The notes under the pieces are model-generated. The model was not told where the DNA came from, did no database searches, and saw nothing but the letters and a program-made list of their open reading frames with translations. Source: Gemmatimonadaceae bacterium (GTDB lineage: Bacteria; Gemmatimonadota; Gemmatimonadetes; Gemmatimonadales; Gemmatimonadaceae). From it: a stretch of 64,000 nucleotides of DNA. Both the position numbers and the translations under genes were made by a program. The stretch covers positions 8,542-72,541 of the forward strand of contig JANMAM010000021.1 of assembly GCA_031359795.1 (NCBI GenBank). Reading direction: 5' to 3'. Positions 47,377 through 57,410 of the stretch are shown one piece after another (positions within the stretch are counted from its first letter, which is position 1; each line of letters opens with the position of its first letter).

Positions 47377-47838
47377 CTATCGGATCGTGAGCGGATTGAT
47401 CGGAAACGGTGCGTTCCGGATCACCTCTCCCACGCTCTTGTATCCCCCACGCCGATGCGGTGTGGGCGTTGGCGTTGGAGTCGGCGTTGGAGTCGGCGTT
47501 GGAGCCGGCGTCGCCGCCGGTGCTTTCGGAGCGACAACGACCGCCTCAACGGCCGGCCCCTCGTTGCTCGTTCGCACCGGCGTCTTCACCGGCTGCGCGA
47601 TCGCGCGCGGCGATGGCGTCGGCTGCTTCACGGGCGTCGCTGCCGGCGCCCATCCAGGAGTGCGCTCGATCGCCGAGACGAACTGCGTCGCCCCCCGATT
47701 CGGCAGGAGCCCCATGCTGTCCCCGGTCGCAACGTCGAGCTCCCGGCCAAGATCGACCGGCGCTGATCCGCCCTGGCCGCATGCCGCAAGCGCCACCGTC
47801 GCTGCCACCCCTGCAAGCATCAAACGCGTCTGTCGCAT
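47377..47838 (-). CDS. Lipoprotein with (Thr-Pro)n repeat
   Basis: Signal and lipobox MRQTRLMLAGVAATVALAAC, with GGGAGA upstream of ATG 47836-47838. It contains TPAPTPTPTPTPTPTPTP, encoded by hexamer DNA repeats at 47465-47512. Confidence 0.7.
   Translation of the reverse strand: MRQTRLMLAGVAATVALAACGQGGSAPVDLGRELDVATGDSMGLLPNRGATQFVSAIERTPGWAPAATPVKQPTPSPRAIAQPVKTPVRTSNEGPAVEAVVVAPKAPAATPAPTPTPTPTPTPTPTPHRRGGYKSVGEVIRNAPFPINPLTIR
47465..47512. repeat. Tandem hexamer repeat (GGNGTY)8 encoding the (Thr-Pro)n tract
   Basis: GGCGTT GGCGTT GGAGTC GGCGTT GGAGTC GGCGTT GGAGCC GGCGTC, read directly from the sequence. It lies inside CDS 47377-47838 on the minus strand. Confidence 0.9.
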
Positions 47839-48251
47839 TGTTTCTCCCCCAGCCCCGATGAAGTACTGCCGCCCGACCCACGCCCGGCCGCCACTTTCTC
47901 CCCGCCAATCACGCTCCCCTGAGCGCTGGCTTTCATACCCCGTTGGACGCCAATCGCCCCCGAAAGTTAGCGTCCCCGACAGGAAATTGAGCGTCAGTTG
48001 AGCCCGCCGCTGAGCCCGCCCAGGCACGCCGTCCTCCTCCGCCGTTGTGCCTTCTGGCCGCGCCCCTGCCTCATGCCCTCCTGCCCGCTTGCGCCTGCAG
48101 CATGCCTCCTGGCAGGGCAGGTATCCTGACCGCGTGCCTCATGGCAGTATCGGTTCTGCCTCATGGCCCTCGACGCGCGGGAGTGTGTGGACACCCGCGC
48201 TCCCCCGCCGTAAACTCGCTCGTCTGCCCCTCCCACGCCCCAATCCGACCC

Positions 48252-50327
48252 ATGCGCCCATCCCGCGTCGCCTTCGCCGCTTTGCTCGCCGTCGCCGTCA
48301 TCTCGCCCACGTCCGCCGTCGCACAGTCGAAATCCAGGCGCCCCCTCAAGGCCGAGGACATCTACCGCCTCCGCGACGTCCGCGATCCTCATCGCTCCCC
48401 CGACGGGAAATGGGTCGTCTACACTGTCTCCGCCGCCGACTCGGCCCGCGACAAGAACGACACCGATGTCTGGATGTCGAGCTGGGACGGAACCCAGCAC
48501 CTCCGCCTGACGAGCACCAACGAAGGCGAGAGCAGCGGCCGGTTCAGTCCCGACAATCGGTATGTGTCATTCGTCTCGTCGCGTCAGGGTCTCGACGACG
48601 GACAGATCTGGCTGCTCGATCGCATGGGCGGTGAGGCGCAGAAGCTGACCGACTTCAAGGGTGGCGTCGACTCCTACGAATGGTCGCCTGACGGCAAGCG
48701 CATCGCCGTGGTGGTCGAGGACGATCCCGACACCGCCGCCGTGTCCAGCGATACGGGCAAGAAGAAGACGCCGAAGCCGATCGTGATCGACCGTTATGCA
48801 TTCAAGCGCGACATCGTCGGCTACCTCGGCGGGAAACGCGAGCGCATCTACCTCTTTGACGTCGCGACGAAGAAGACCGAGCTGCTCTCGTCGGGGCCGG
48901 CCTTCGACGAATCGGACATCGTCTGGTCGCCGGATGGCAAGCGCATCGCCTTCGTCAGCAAGCGCGGTGAGACCGACCCCGATCGCGATCACAACACCGA
49001 CATCTGGGTCGCCGACGCGCGAGGCGGGGTCGCGCCGCGGAAGGTGACGACATGGGCCGGCGAGGACGCCAGTCCGGTCTGGAGCCCGGATGGGAAGTCG
49101 ATCGCGTACCTGCGCGGCGGCGAGGCGAAGTACTACGCGTACAGCATGGACCGCCTCGCCGTCGTCCAGGTCGACGGCTGCCCGTCCACCGGCTGCCAGC
49201 CGAAGGTCCTCACCGCCGAGCTCGATCGCGAAGTGCAGAGCCCGCGCTGGAGCGTCGACGGGTCGGCGATCTATTTCGTCGTCGAGGACGACCGGACCCA
49301 GTGGGTCGGTCGCGTCAGGCCTAACGGCGGCGCGGTCGAGCGGCTCGTCACCGGCCGGCGCGCCGTCTCGAGCATCGACGACCCGGCGGCGGATGGAAGC
49401 ATGGCGGCGCTGGTCTCGACCGACACGATGCCTGACGAAGTGTTCGCCATCGAGAACGGCACCGTCAGGCAGATCAGCCACCAGAACGACAAATGGCTAG
49501 CCGAGGTGCAGCTCGTCCGCGTCGAGGACTTCGAGAGCAGGAGCAAGGACGGCACCGAGGTCCATAGCCTCCTCGCCCGGCCGCTCGGCTACAGGAGCGG
49601 GAAGGTGCCGCTGCTGCTGAGGATCCATGGCGGCCCCAGCGCCCAGGACGACCACAGCTTCATGTTCGAGCGCCAGTTCTTCGCGGCGAACGGGTATGCA
49701 GTGCTCGCGGTGAACTATCGTGGCGGCAACGGCCGCGGCGAGGCGTATCGCACCGCGATCTACGGAGACTGGGGCAACCTCGAGGTCGTCGACCTGCTCG
49801 GGGCGGTCGACGCGGCGGTCGCGCGCGGCATCGCCGATCCGAACAAGCTTGGCATCGGCGGCTGGAGCTATGGCGGAATCCTGACGGACTACACCATCGC
49901 CACCGACACGCGTTTCAAGGGCGCGATCTCGGGAGCTGGAAGCGCGCTGCAGCTCGCGATGTACGGTGTCGACCAGTACACCGTGCAGTACGAGACAGAG
50001 CTCAGTCTTCCGTGGAAGGACATCCAGCCCTGGCTCAAGGTCTCCTATCCCTTCCTGCACGCTGACCGCATCAGGACACCGACGCTCTTCCTCGTCGGGC
50101 AGCGGGACTTCAACGTTCCCGCGGTCGGCAGCGAGCAGATGTATCAGGCGCTCCGCAGCATCGGGATTCCGACGCAGCTGATCATCTACCCCAACCAGTT
50201 CCACGGCATCAGCGTCCCGAGCTACAAGATCGACCGCCTGCAGCGCTATCTCGCCTGGTACGGGAAATACGTGAAGGGGGAGGGCACGGTCGCCAGCAGC
50301 AACGCGCCGCCCACGACCACGCGTTAG
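48252..50327 (+). CDS. S9-family serine peptidase (beta-propeller plus alpha/beta-hydrolase)
   Basis: Signal peptide MRPSRVAFAALLAVAVISPTSAVA and repeated WSPDG propeller motifs. The nucleophile elbow is GIGGWSYGG, followed by downstream Asp and His blocks (GQRDFNVP, NQFHG). The stop TAG lies inside CGTTAGG. Confidence 0.9.
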   Translation: MRPSRVAFAALLAVAVISPTSAVAQSKSRRPLKAEDIYRLRDVRDPHRSPDGKWVVYTVSAADSARDKNDTDVWMSSWDGTQHLRLTSTNEGESSGRFSPDNRYVSFVSSRQGLDDGQIWLLDRMGGEAQKLTDFKGGVDSYEWSPDGKRIAVVVEDDPDTAAVSSDTGKKKTPKPIVIDRYAFKRDIVGYLGGKRERIYLFDVATKKTELLSSGPAFDESDIVWSPDGKRIAFVSKRGETDPDRDHNTDIWVADARGGVAPRKVTTWAGEDASPVWSPDGKSIAYLRGGEAKYYAYSMDRLAVVQVDGCPSTGCQPKVLTAELDREVQSPRWSVDGSAIYFVVEDDRTQWVGRVRPNGGAVERLVTGRRAVSSIDDPAADGSMAALVSTDTMPDEVFAIENGTVRQISHQNDKWLAEVQLVRVEDFESRSKDGTEVHSLLARPLGYRSGKVPLLLRIHGGPSAQDDHSFMFERQFFAANGYAVLAVNYRGGNGRGEAYRTAIYGDWGNLEVVDLLGAVDAAVARGIADPNKLGIGGWSYGGILTDYTIATDTRFKGAISGAGSALQLAMYGVDQYTVQYETELSLPWKDIQPWLKVSYPFLHADRIRTPTLFLVGQRDFNVPAVGSEQMYQALRSIGIPTQLIIYPNQFHGISVPSYKIDRLQRYLAWYGKYVKGEGTVASSNAPPTTTR

Positions 50328-50330
50328 GCA

Positions 50331-51377
50331 GTGCTGCTCCCCGCCGGGCAGCTCGGCCGGGCCGGCCCGCAGATCACGCGGGTCGGCTTTGGCTCGTGGG
50401 CGGTCGGTGGCGGGGGCTGGGCCCACGCCTGGGGTGCGCAGGATGACGGCCAGTCGATCGCCGCGATGCGCCACGCCGTCGACCGCGGGATCAACTGGAT
50501 CGACACCGCCGCCATCTATGGTGTCGGCCACTCCGAGGAAGTCGTCGGCCGGATGCTGCGCGACTTGCCGGCCGGCGACCGCCCGCTTGTCTTCACCAAG
50601 TGCGGCCTGATCTGGGATCCGGCCGATCCGATGAAAGCCGCCTCGCGCGACCTCTCACCGGCGTCGGTTCGCGCGCAGTGTGAGGCGTCGCTCCGCCGGC
50701 TCGGAGTCGGCACGATCGACGTCTTTCAGTTTCACCGTCCCGACACCGACACGGGAACCGCGGTTGAGGATTCCTGGGGCGAGATGGGTCGGCTCATCGA
50801 CGAGGGAAAGGTCCGCTGGGGGGGACTCTCGAACTTCGACGTGGCGCTGCTCGCTCGGTGCGAGATGATTCGCCACATCGACTCCTTTCAGCCACCGTTC
50901 TCACTGCATCGTCGCGCCGCGGCTGCGGAGCTCGTTCCATGGTGCGCGCGGAATGGCACCGGTGTGATCGTCTACAGCACGATGGGCGCGGGGCTGTTCA
51001 CCGACCGCTTCTCGCTCGCGCGCGCCCGGGCGCTCCCGCCTGACGATTGGCGCTCGCGGAGCGCGGAGTTCCAGACGCCTAACGTCGAGCGCAACCTCGC
51101 GCTGCGCGACGCGCTCCGGCCGATCGCCGCACGACACCGAGTGACGGTGGCGGAGGTTGCAGTCGCGTGGGCCCTGCATTGGCCGGGGGTCACCGGCGCG
51201 ATCGTGGGAGCGCGGAGCCCCGACCAGGTCGACGGCTGGATTGGCGCGGCGTCCCTCGCCCTCGACACCGATGACCTGCAGGCGATCGCCGGGGCGATCG
51301 AACGTACCGGGGCGGGGCAGGGCCCGGTGCAGGCTCCCGCTGTCGCCCCTGTGCAAATCGGCACGCCGCCACGATGA
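50331..51377 (+). CDS. Aldo/keto reductase
   Basis: GFGSWAVGG, INWIDTAAIYGVGHSEEVVG and the C-terminal VTGAIVGARSPDQV are typical AKR blocks. GTG start 3 nt after the previous stop. Confidence 0.9.
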   Translation: MLLPAGQLGRAGPQITRVGFGSWAVGGGGWAHAWGAQDDGQSIAAMRHAVDRGINWIDTAAIYGVGHSEEVVGRMLRDLPAGDRPLVFTKCGLIWDPADPMKAASRDLSPASVRAQCEASLRRLGVGTIDVFQFHRPDTDTGTAVEDSWGEMGRLIDEGKVRWGGLSNFDVALLARCEMIRHIDSFQPPFSLHRRAAAAELVPWCARNGTGVIVYSTMGAGLFTDRFSLARARALPPDDWRSRSAEFQTPNVERNLALRDALRPIAARHRVTVAEVAVAWALHWPGVTGAIVGARSPDQVDGWIGAASLALDTDDLQAIAGAIERTGAGQGPVQAPAVAPVQIGTPPR

Positions 51378-52129
51378 CTTCGCCGCGTCAGGCCCCCCGA
51401 TCAGCGCCGCGTTGGCGCCGATTTCTCCGTGCACGGCTGGAACGCGATTCGTACCTCGGCCTGCACCTGACGGCCGGACTTGCCGTTGTCGCGTCAGGCG
51501 TCTGGCTGTTCGGGGGACTGCTCGAGGAAGTCCTCGATAGCGACGCGCTCGTGCGTTGGGATGTCGCGACGGCGGGCGTGATGCATTCCGCAACCACGTC
51601 ACGCGGAATTGCGGTCTTCGCCGCGATCACCAACCTCGGGTCTCCGTTGGCAATGTCTGCGCTCGCCGTGATCGGGGTCATGACGACGATCGCGCTCCGC
51701 CAACGCCTTCTCGCTGCTGCCTGGGCGGCCGCCGCCGCAGGCGGGGCGTTGGTCGACGCCGTGCTGAAGATGACGATTCATCGCACGCGCCCCGAATTCG
51801 CCGCCGCGTTCCTGCACGGGAGCTCGTACAGCTTTCCGAGTGGTCACGCGATGGGTTCGGTGATCGGCTATGGATTTCTCGCGTACGCGATCGTCAAGAC
51901 GAGACAGCGCCGCGGCTGGCAGCGCGCGCTGGCGTTTGCCGCCGCGACGCTGCTCGCCCTGCTCATCGGTGTCAGCCGCGTCTATCTCGGCGTGCACTAC
52001 CCGAGCGATGTTGCCGGCGGCTGGGCTGCCGGCCTCGCCTGGCTCGCCGTCTGCGTGACCGGCTACGAAGTGGGCGCTGGCCGGGCGACTCGCCGCCGCT
52101 CCACCCTCCTTCAATCCGGAACGCCGTGA
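51374..52129 (+). CDS. PAP2-family membrane phosphatase
   Basis: All three PAP2 motifs are present: KMTIHRTRP, SFPSGHA and SRVYLGVHYPSDV. ATGA overlap with the AKR gene. Confidence 0.9.
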   Translation: MTSPRQAPRSAPRWRRFLRARLERDSYLGLHLTAGLAVVASGVWLFGGLLEEVLDSDALVRWDVATAGVMHSATTSRGIAVFAAITNLGSPLAMSALAVIGVMTTIALRQRLLAAAWAAAAAGGALVDAVLKMTIHRTRPEFAAAFLHGSSYSFPSGHAMGSVIGYGFLAYAIVKTRQRRGWQRALAFAAATLLALLIGVSRVYLGVHYPSDVAGGWAAGLAWLAVCVTGYEVGAGRATRRRSTLLQSGTP

Positions 52130-53193
52130 GACTGCAACGCGTGCTCTGCTCGCCGCTCGTCCCCGCCTTCGGCGCGCTGGCGACAATGTCGTGTGTTTCA
52201 CCGAGGGTCCCGATCGGGCGAGCGGCGACCGCGACGCCAAATTACCATGTCGCCGAGCGAGTCAAGCTCGGTCGCGATGGCGGCTGGGACTATCTGATCG
52301 TCGACACCGCCGGCCACCGCGTGTTCATGTCCCGCGGGACGCACACCCTCGTCGCCGACGCGCGAACGGGCACCGTTGTCGGCGACGTCCTGGACACCCC
52401 GGGCGTCCACGGCATCGCGTTCGCCTACGACCGCAACCGGGCCTACACAAGCAACGGTCGCGACTCGAGCGTGACGGTCCTCGACCTCAGGACGCTCGCG
52501 CCGATCGCCCGGATCAGGACCAGCGGCGTGAATCCCGACGCCATCGTCTACGACGAGTCCTCGCACCGTGTGTTCGTCTTCAATGGACGAAGCAACGACG
52601 CGACTGTCATCGACGCCACGAGTGACGCGATCGTCGGCACGGTGCCGTTAGGCGGCAAACCCGAATTCGCCGTCACGGACGGCCGGGGGATGCTCTGGGT
52701 GAACGTCGAGGACACCAGCGAGATCGTCGAGCTGGACACGCGGACACTGACGGTCAAGGGGCGCTGGGCACTCGCGCCGTGCGAGGAGCCGACTGGCCTC
52801 GCGATCGACCGCGCGCATCGCCGGCTCTTCGCGGTCTGCTCGAACAGCCTGATGGCGATCGTCGATGCCGACAACGGCAGAGTCGTCGCTACGGTCCCGA
52901 CCGGCGACGGCACTGACGCCGCTGGCTTCGATCCGGCAACGCAGCTCGCCTTCGCCTCGAACGGTGAGGGGACGTTGACCGTCGTTCACATAGATACGCC
53001 CGACTCCGCCCATGTCGTTCAGACGGTCATTACGCAGCGCGGCGCGCGCACGATGGCGCTCGACCCGCAGACGCACATCGTCTATTCGGTGAGCGCGGAC
53101 TTCGGACCGACGCCCGCGGCGACGGCGGACCAGCCACGGCCGCCGGCGCCGATGATGCCAGGATCGTTTACGCTCCTCGTGATCAAGCCGTAG
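52126..53193 (+). CDS. YncE/YVTN-like beta-propeller protein (secreted)
   Basis: Repeated propeller-blade pattern (GHRVFMS, VHGIAFAYDRNRAYTSN, PDAIVYDESSHRVFVFN, GKPEFAVTDGRGMLWVN and others). The GTG start overlaps the PAP2 TGA (GTGA). The track start at 51556 is rejected. Confidence 0.7.
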   Translation: MRLQRVLCSPLVPAFGALATMSCVSPRVPIGRAATATPNYHVAERVKLGRDGGWDYLIVDTAGHRVFMSRGTHTLVADARTGTVVGDVLDTPGVHGIAFAYDRNRAYTSNGRDSSVTVLDLRTLAPIARIRTSGVNPDAIVYDESSHRVFVFNGRSNDATVIDATSDAIVGTVPLGGKPEFAVTDGRGMLWVNVEDTSEIVELDTRTLTVKGRWALAPCEEPTGLAIDRAHRRLFAVCSNSLMAIVDADNGRVVATVPTGDGTDAAGFDPATQLAFASNGEGTLTVVHIDTPDSAHVVQTVITQRGARTMALDPQTHIVYSVSADFGPTPAATADQPRPPAPMMPGSFTLLVIKP

Positions 53194-53211
53194 CTGGCGC
53201 CGCGTCCGCCG

Positions 53212-56200
53212 TCATCCCCGCCAGTCACGACCGCGAACCGCCACCAGCAACGCTGGCACGAGGTACAGTGTGATCGGCGTCGAGAGCGTCAGCCCCCCGA
53301 TTACCGCGAGCGCGAGCGGCCGCTGCAGCTCGCTCCCCGCGCCAAGCCCTAACGCGAGCGGCAGCAGCCCGAAGAGCGTGCAGAGCGTCGTCATCAGGAT
53401 GGGTCGGAGGCGAATCCGTGCCGCCTCGCGGATCGCCGGCTCGAGCGTCAGGCCGTTCTCGCGCATCTGGTGGCGCGTGAAGTCGAGCAGGATGATGCCG
53501 TTCTTGACGATCAGCCCGACGAGCAGGATCAGGCCCATGAACGATGAGACATTGAGCGGCGTGCCCGTCACCAGCAGCAGCACCAGCGCGCCGACGAACG
53601 AGAGCGGCGCCGCGAGGAGCACGACGAGCGGTTCCACGAACGACTGAAACTGGATCACCATCACGCCGATCACGCTCAGCGCGGCCAGTCCGAGGACCGC
53701 GAGCAGGGCACGGAAGGCTGTCTGCTGGCTGGCATACTGCCCACCGATGTCCAGTCGCACCCCTGCCGGCGGCGGATGCGCCGCGAGAACCTGCTTCACG
53801 TCGCCGACCACGGCCCCGAGCGAGCGACCGCTCAGGTCGGCCGTCATCGAGATCAACTGCTGCTGGTTCTCGCGCAGGAGCGTCCCGCGTGTCTCGCCGG
53901 AGGTGAACGTCGCCAGCGTCCCGAGCGGCGCCGCCCGCCGCGTGTCCGGCGATACGATTGGAAGCGCGCCGAGTTGCTGCGGATCGAAACGCACGGAATC
54001 GGGCGCGCGCACTCTGACAGCGACCGACCGATCCTCGAGTCGCACTTCCCCCGCCGAAACCCCGAGTAGCGCTCCCGCCGCCGCGGCGCTCACCTGGGCG
54101 GGAGTCATCCCCATTCGCGCTGCCTCGACAGCGTCGATCGACATCGACATCTCAGCGGACGGCTCGCTGATTCCGTTGTAGAAGTCGGCGATCCCGTCGA
54201 TCTTCTCCAGCTCCGGTGTCACGCTCTCGGCGTACCTCTCGAGCACGCCGATGTCCGAGCCGAACAGCTTCACTTCGACCGGCTTCGCCGCGCCGGCGAG
54301 ATCGTTGATCACATCGGAGAGAATCTGCACGAACTCGATGCGCAGCCGCGGGACGGCGCTTTCGGCTTGAGCCCGCACATCATCGATGATCTCGAACGTC
54401 GAGCGGCTCCGCTGCCGCCCTGGTACGAGCCTCGCGACGATGTCGCCGACGTTCTGCTCGGTGGCGAACAGTCCGAGCTCGGCGCCAGTCCGCCGCGACG
54501 TACCGGTGACCTCGGGCATGCTCGCGAGGATCCGCTCGACGACGTGCACCTCGCGATCCGTCTCCGGCAACGACGTTCCGCCGGGCGAGACGTAATCCAC
54601 CACAAACGCTCCCTCGTCGATTTCGGGAAGGAAGCCGGTTCCCACGTATCTGTACGCGAGCGCGCCGCCCGCCACCAGCAGCAGGCCGCCGACCGCCAAC
54701 AGCTTTCCATGGTGGAGCACGGCGCCGAGCGAGCGTGCGTAGCGCACCGACAACGCATCGATCGCGCGACCCGCTCGAGCGAGCGCGCCATCCCGCTTCG
54801 CGACCCCGGGCGAGACCGATCCGGCGCGCTCGTCGGCCGTCGCTTCCGCCGAAAGGAATTGCTCGGCCATCAGCGGAATGATCGTCAACGCAAGCACGAG
54901 CGACACGAGCACGGCGATCGTCAACGTGATCGATAGCGTCTTGAACAGCTGACCTTCGACACCGGTGAGAAGCCCGAGTGGGAGGAAGACCACGACCGTC
55001 GTGAGCGTCGACGTCGTCACCGGCCAGATCAGCTCGCGCACCGCGTCGTGGATCGCGCGATCGCGATCCGGCGTCAGCTGCAGGTGCCTGACGATGTTCT
55101 CCGTGACCACCACGGCATCGTCGATGACGAGGCCAATCGCGATTGCCATCGCGCCAAGCGTCATCAGGTTGAAGCTCTGTCCGATGAGCGACATGATGAA
55201 CACGGTCATCGCCATCGTCAGGGGGATTGCCGACGCACTGATCGCGGTGATCCGCGCCTGGCGGAGGAAGATCAGCAGGATGAGCACGGCCAGCGCGGCG
55301 CCGATCAGCATCGCGTCGCGCACCGACGTCACCGCATCGCGGACGAGCGCTGCCTGATCGTAGACCGGCTTCAGCCGCACACCGGGCGGGAGCGTCTTCC
55401 GAATCGTCGCGGCGATCGCAGCGACGCTGTCGGCGATGGCGACCGTGTTGCCGCCCAGCTGCCGGGTGATGTTGAGCAGCGCCGCCGGACGCCCGTCGCC
55501 AGCGATGATCCTGACGTGATCCTCGGTCCCGTTGATCACAGTCGCGATGTCGCGCACGCGCGTCGAGCCGCGAACGACCACGTTCCCGATGTCGTCGGAC
55601 GAGTGCGCCTCCGACGTGGTGACGATCAGGAACTGCTTGTAGTTCGCCGGCATCCGTCCTACCGCGCTGACATCAGTCGCGCTGCGAATCGCCGACGCGA
55701 CATCATCGTAACTGAGTCCGAGCGAGCTGAGTCGCGCCGGATCGGCGATCACTTCGATCTCGCGCACGTCGCTTCCCTGCACGTCGACGCGTCCCACGCC
55801 CGGCACGCGCGACACCAGTGGCCGGATCTCGTAGCGAGCGATGTCATGAAGCGTCGCCGCGTCGCCGCCCTCGATGTTGTACGAAAGTACCGGAAAGAGC
55901 GATGGCGTCAGGCGCTCAACCTCCAGGCTCACCTGCGCCGGGAGATCGCCACTGATCTGATTGACGCGTTGCTGCGTCTGCTGCAGCGCGTAGGCCATGT
56001 CCGTGTTTTCCGAGAACGTGATGTTCGTCTCGCTCCCACCCCGGATGACCCGCGACTGTACTCGCGTCACCCCGGGAACGATGCTCACCGCTTCCTCGAT
56101 CGGCCTCGTCACGCCGAACAGCACCTGGCGGGCGCCTAACGCGGAGCCCGAGGCGACCACCGTGATCCGCGAGAACTGCAGCTCCGGGTAGATCGCCGAC

Positions 56201-56337
56201 GGGAGCCGCAGCGCCGCCCAGATCCCCGCCGCGCTGAGCAAGGTGACGACGAGATAGACGAACCGCCGCTGGTCGGCGAGCAGAGCAAAGAATCCGCGGC
56301 GTCCGCTCATCCCTTCCCGCGGCGATCCCTCCGTCAC
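53212..56337 (-). CDS. RND efflux transporter, inner-membrane permease subunit
   Basis: About 1040 aa with the 12-TM AcrB/CzcA architecture and conserved TM4-like region AIGLVIDDAVVVTENI. The GTG at 56337 overlaps the upstream TGA; the alternative start is ATG 56310. Confidence 0.9.
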   Translation of the reverse strand: MTEGSPREGMSGRRGFFALLADQRRFVYLVVTLLSAAGIWAALRLPSAIYPELQFSRITVVASGSALGARQVLFGVTRPIEEAVSIVPGVTRVQSRVIRGGSETNITFSENTDMAYALQQTQQRVNQISGDLPAQVSLEVERLTPSLFPVLSYNIEGGDAATLHDIARYEIRPLVSRVPGVGRVDVQGSDVREIEVIADPARLSSLGLSYDDVASAIRSATDVSAVGRMPANYKQFLIVTTSEAHSSDDIGNVVVRGSTRVRDIATVINGTEDHVRIIAGDGRPAALLNITRQLGGNTVAIADSVAAIAATIRKTLPPGVRLKPVYDQAALVRDAVTSVRDAMLIGAALAVLILLIFLRQARITAISASAIPLTMAMTVFIMSLIGQSFNLMTLGAMAIAIGLVIDDAVVVTENIVRHLQLTPDRDRAIHDAVRELIWPVTTSTLTTVVVFLPLGLLTGVEGQLFKTLSITLTIAVLVSLVLALTIIPLMAEQFLSAEATADERAGSVSPGVAKRDGALARAGRAIDALSVRYARSLGAVLHHGKLLAVGGLLLVAGGALAYRYVGTGFLPEIDEGAFVVDYVSPGGTSLPETDREVHVVERILASMPEVTGTSRRTGAELGLFATEQNVGDIVARLVPGRQRSRSTFEIIDDVRAQAESAVPRLRIEFVQILSDVINDLAGAAKPVEVKLFGSDIGVLERYAESVTPELEKIDGIADFYNGISEPSAEMSMSIDAVEAARMGMTPAQVSAAAAGALLGVSAGEVRLEDRSVAVRVRAPDSVRFDPQQLGALPIVSPDTRRAAPLGTLATFTSGETRGTLLRENQQQLISMTADLSGRSLGAVVGDVKQVLAAHPPPAGVRLDIGGQYASQQTAFRALLAVLGLAALSVIGVMVIQFQSFVEPLVVLLAAPLSFVGALVLLLVTGTPLNVSSFMGLILLVGLIVKNGIILLDFTRHQMRENGLTLEPAIREAARIRLRPILMTTLCTLFGLLPLALGLGAGSELQRPLALAVIGGLTLSTPITLYLVPALLVAVRGRDWRG

Positions 56338-57410
56338 GGCGCGGCCGCGTCTTCCGACGCAGGGACGACCTTGGAGCTGTCCTCGACACCGTACGCGCCA
56401 TACGTGACGACCTTCTCGCCCGCCGCCACGCCGCCAGTGATTTCAGCGAGCCTCGATGTCCGTCCACCTACCGTAACCGGTCGGGCATGTGCAATGCTCC
56501 GCGCGTCGACGACGAACACCTTGAACCCGTCGCCCTCGGGGACGAGCGCCTCGACTGGCACGACCACCGCTTGAGGTCTCACGGAAGTTGCGATCTCGCC
56601 GAACACTGTCTCACCGATGCGGAGTACCCGACGCGCAGCTGTCACGCGGACGCGGACGGGAACTGACCGCGTCGCGGAGTCCACCGCCCCTCCGATGTCC
56701 AGCACCGTGCCAGTGCCCAACGGTTCCCCCCCCGCGCTCTGGCCCGCGACCAGCTCCACCGTCGCCTGGCCGCGAATGCGTGCAGCGTCGGCCGGTGTTG
56801 TGTTGAGGACGACGTCGGTCGCCGACGGGTCCGCAATCTCGACGAGGGGTTGCGCCGGGTCGGCGGTCGCACCGAGCACCGCGTTGACACTGGTCACGAC
56901 CCCCGAGATCGGCGACCGCAACACCGACAGCTGGGCCGCTCGGCGCGCCGTTGCGGCATCGGCGCGCGCTCGCGCGAGATCGGCTTCCGCCTGCTCGACG
57001 TCCTTGCGCGGAACGATTCCCGCCCCGGCAAGGCGCGTCGCGCGCTCGAACGCGAGCTGGCTCACCGTCAACTGCGCCTCGGCACTCCGCGCCGCCGACT
57101 GAAACGTCGTCTGATCCAGCTCGACCAGTACGTCGCCGGCGGCGACGTGCTGGCCCGCACTGACCAGCACGCGCGAGATGCGCGCCGCGCTTGGTGCGCC
57201 GAGCGCGGCGGAGTGCCCGGCACGAGCAAAAACATTTCCTATCGCGCCGATGGTCTCCGTGAATGGTTGCGAAGCGGCGATCGCCGTCCGCACGCCGATG
57301 ACCGGGGCCGATCCCCCGGCGTCGGCCGATGCCGCGTCGTGGGAACAACCGGCGCAAAGCATCGAAACCGTCAGGACCATCGCCGAACCAGGGCGCCGCG
57401 CGTGTCGCAT
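56334..57410 (-). CDS. RND efflux periplasmic adaptor (membrane fusion protein), lipoprotein
   Basis: Lipobox SMLCAGC, a coiled-coil hairpin (EQAEADLARARADAATARRA) and barrel-sandwich/beta-barrel segments. Its ATG overlaps the TGA of the OMF gene (TGATG). Confidence 0.85.
   Translation of the reverse strand: MRHARRPGSAMVLTVSMLCAGCSHDAASADAGGSAPVIGVRTAIAASQPFTETIGAIGNVFARAGHSAALGAPSAARISRVLVSAGQHVAAGDVLVELDQTTFQSAARSAEAQLTVSQLAFERATRLAGAGIVPRKDVEQAEADLARARADAATARRAAQLSVLRSPISGVVTSVNAVLGATADPAQPLVEIADPSATDVVLNTTPADAARIRGQATVELVAGQSAGGEPLGTGTVLDIGGAVDSATRSVPVRVRVTAARRVLRIGETVFGEIATSVRPQAVVVPVEALVPEGDGFKVFVVDARSIAHARPVTVGGRTSRLAEITGGVAAGEKVVTYGAYGVEDSSKVVPASEDAAAP

Noticed and set aside
47465-47512. 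A possible CRISPR array or VNTR at the hexamer repeats, and similarly at the TAATGGC repeats (23774-23797 and 43568-43591).
   Set aside because: The units are 6 to 7 nt with no spacers. The first set is in frame inside a CDS and encodes (Thr-Pro)n. No cas genes are present.
47303-48001. A 232-aa + strand ORF containing a (Gly-Val)n tract.
   Set aside because: It is the mirror of the (Thr-Pro)n lipoprotein gene. The minus-strand product has a proper ribosome-binding site, signal peptide and lipobox.
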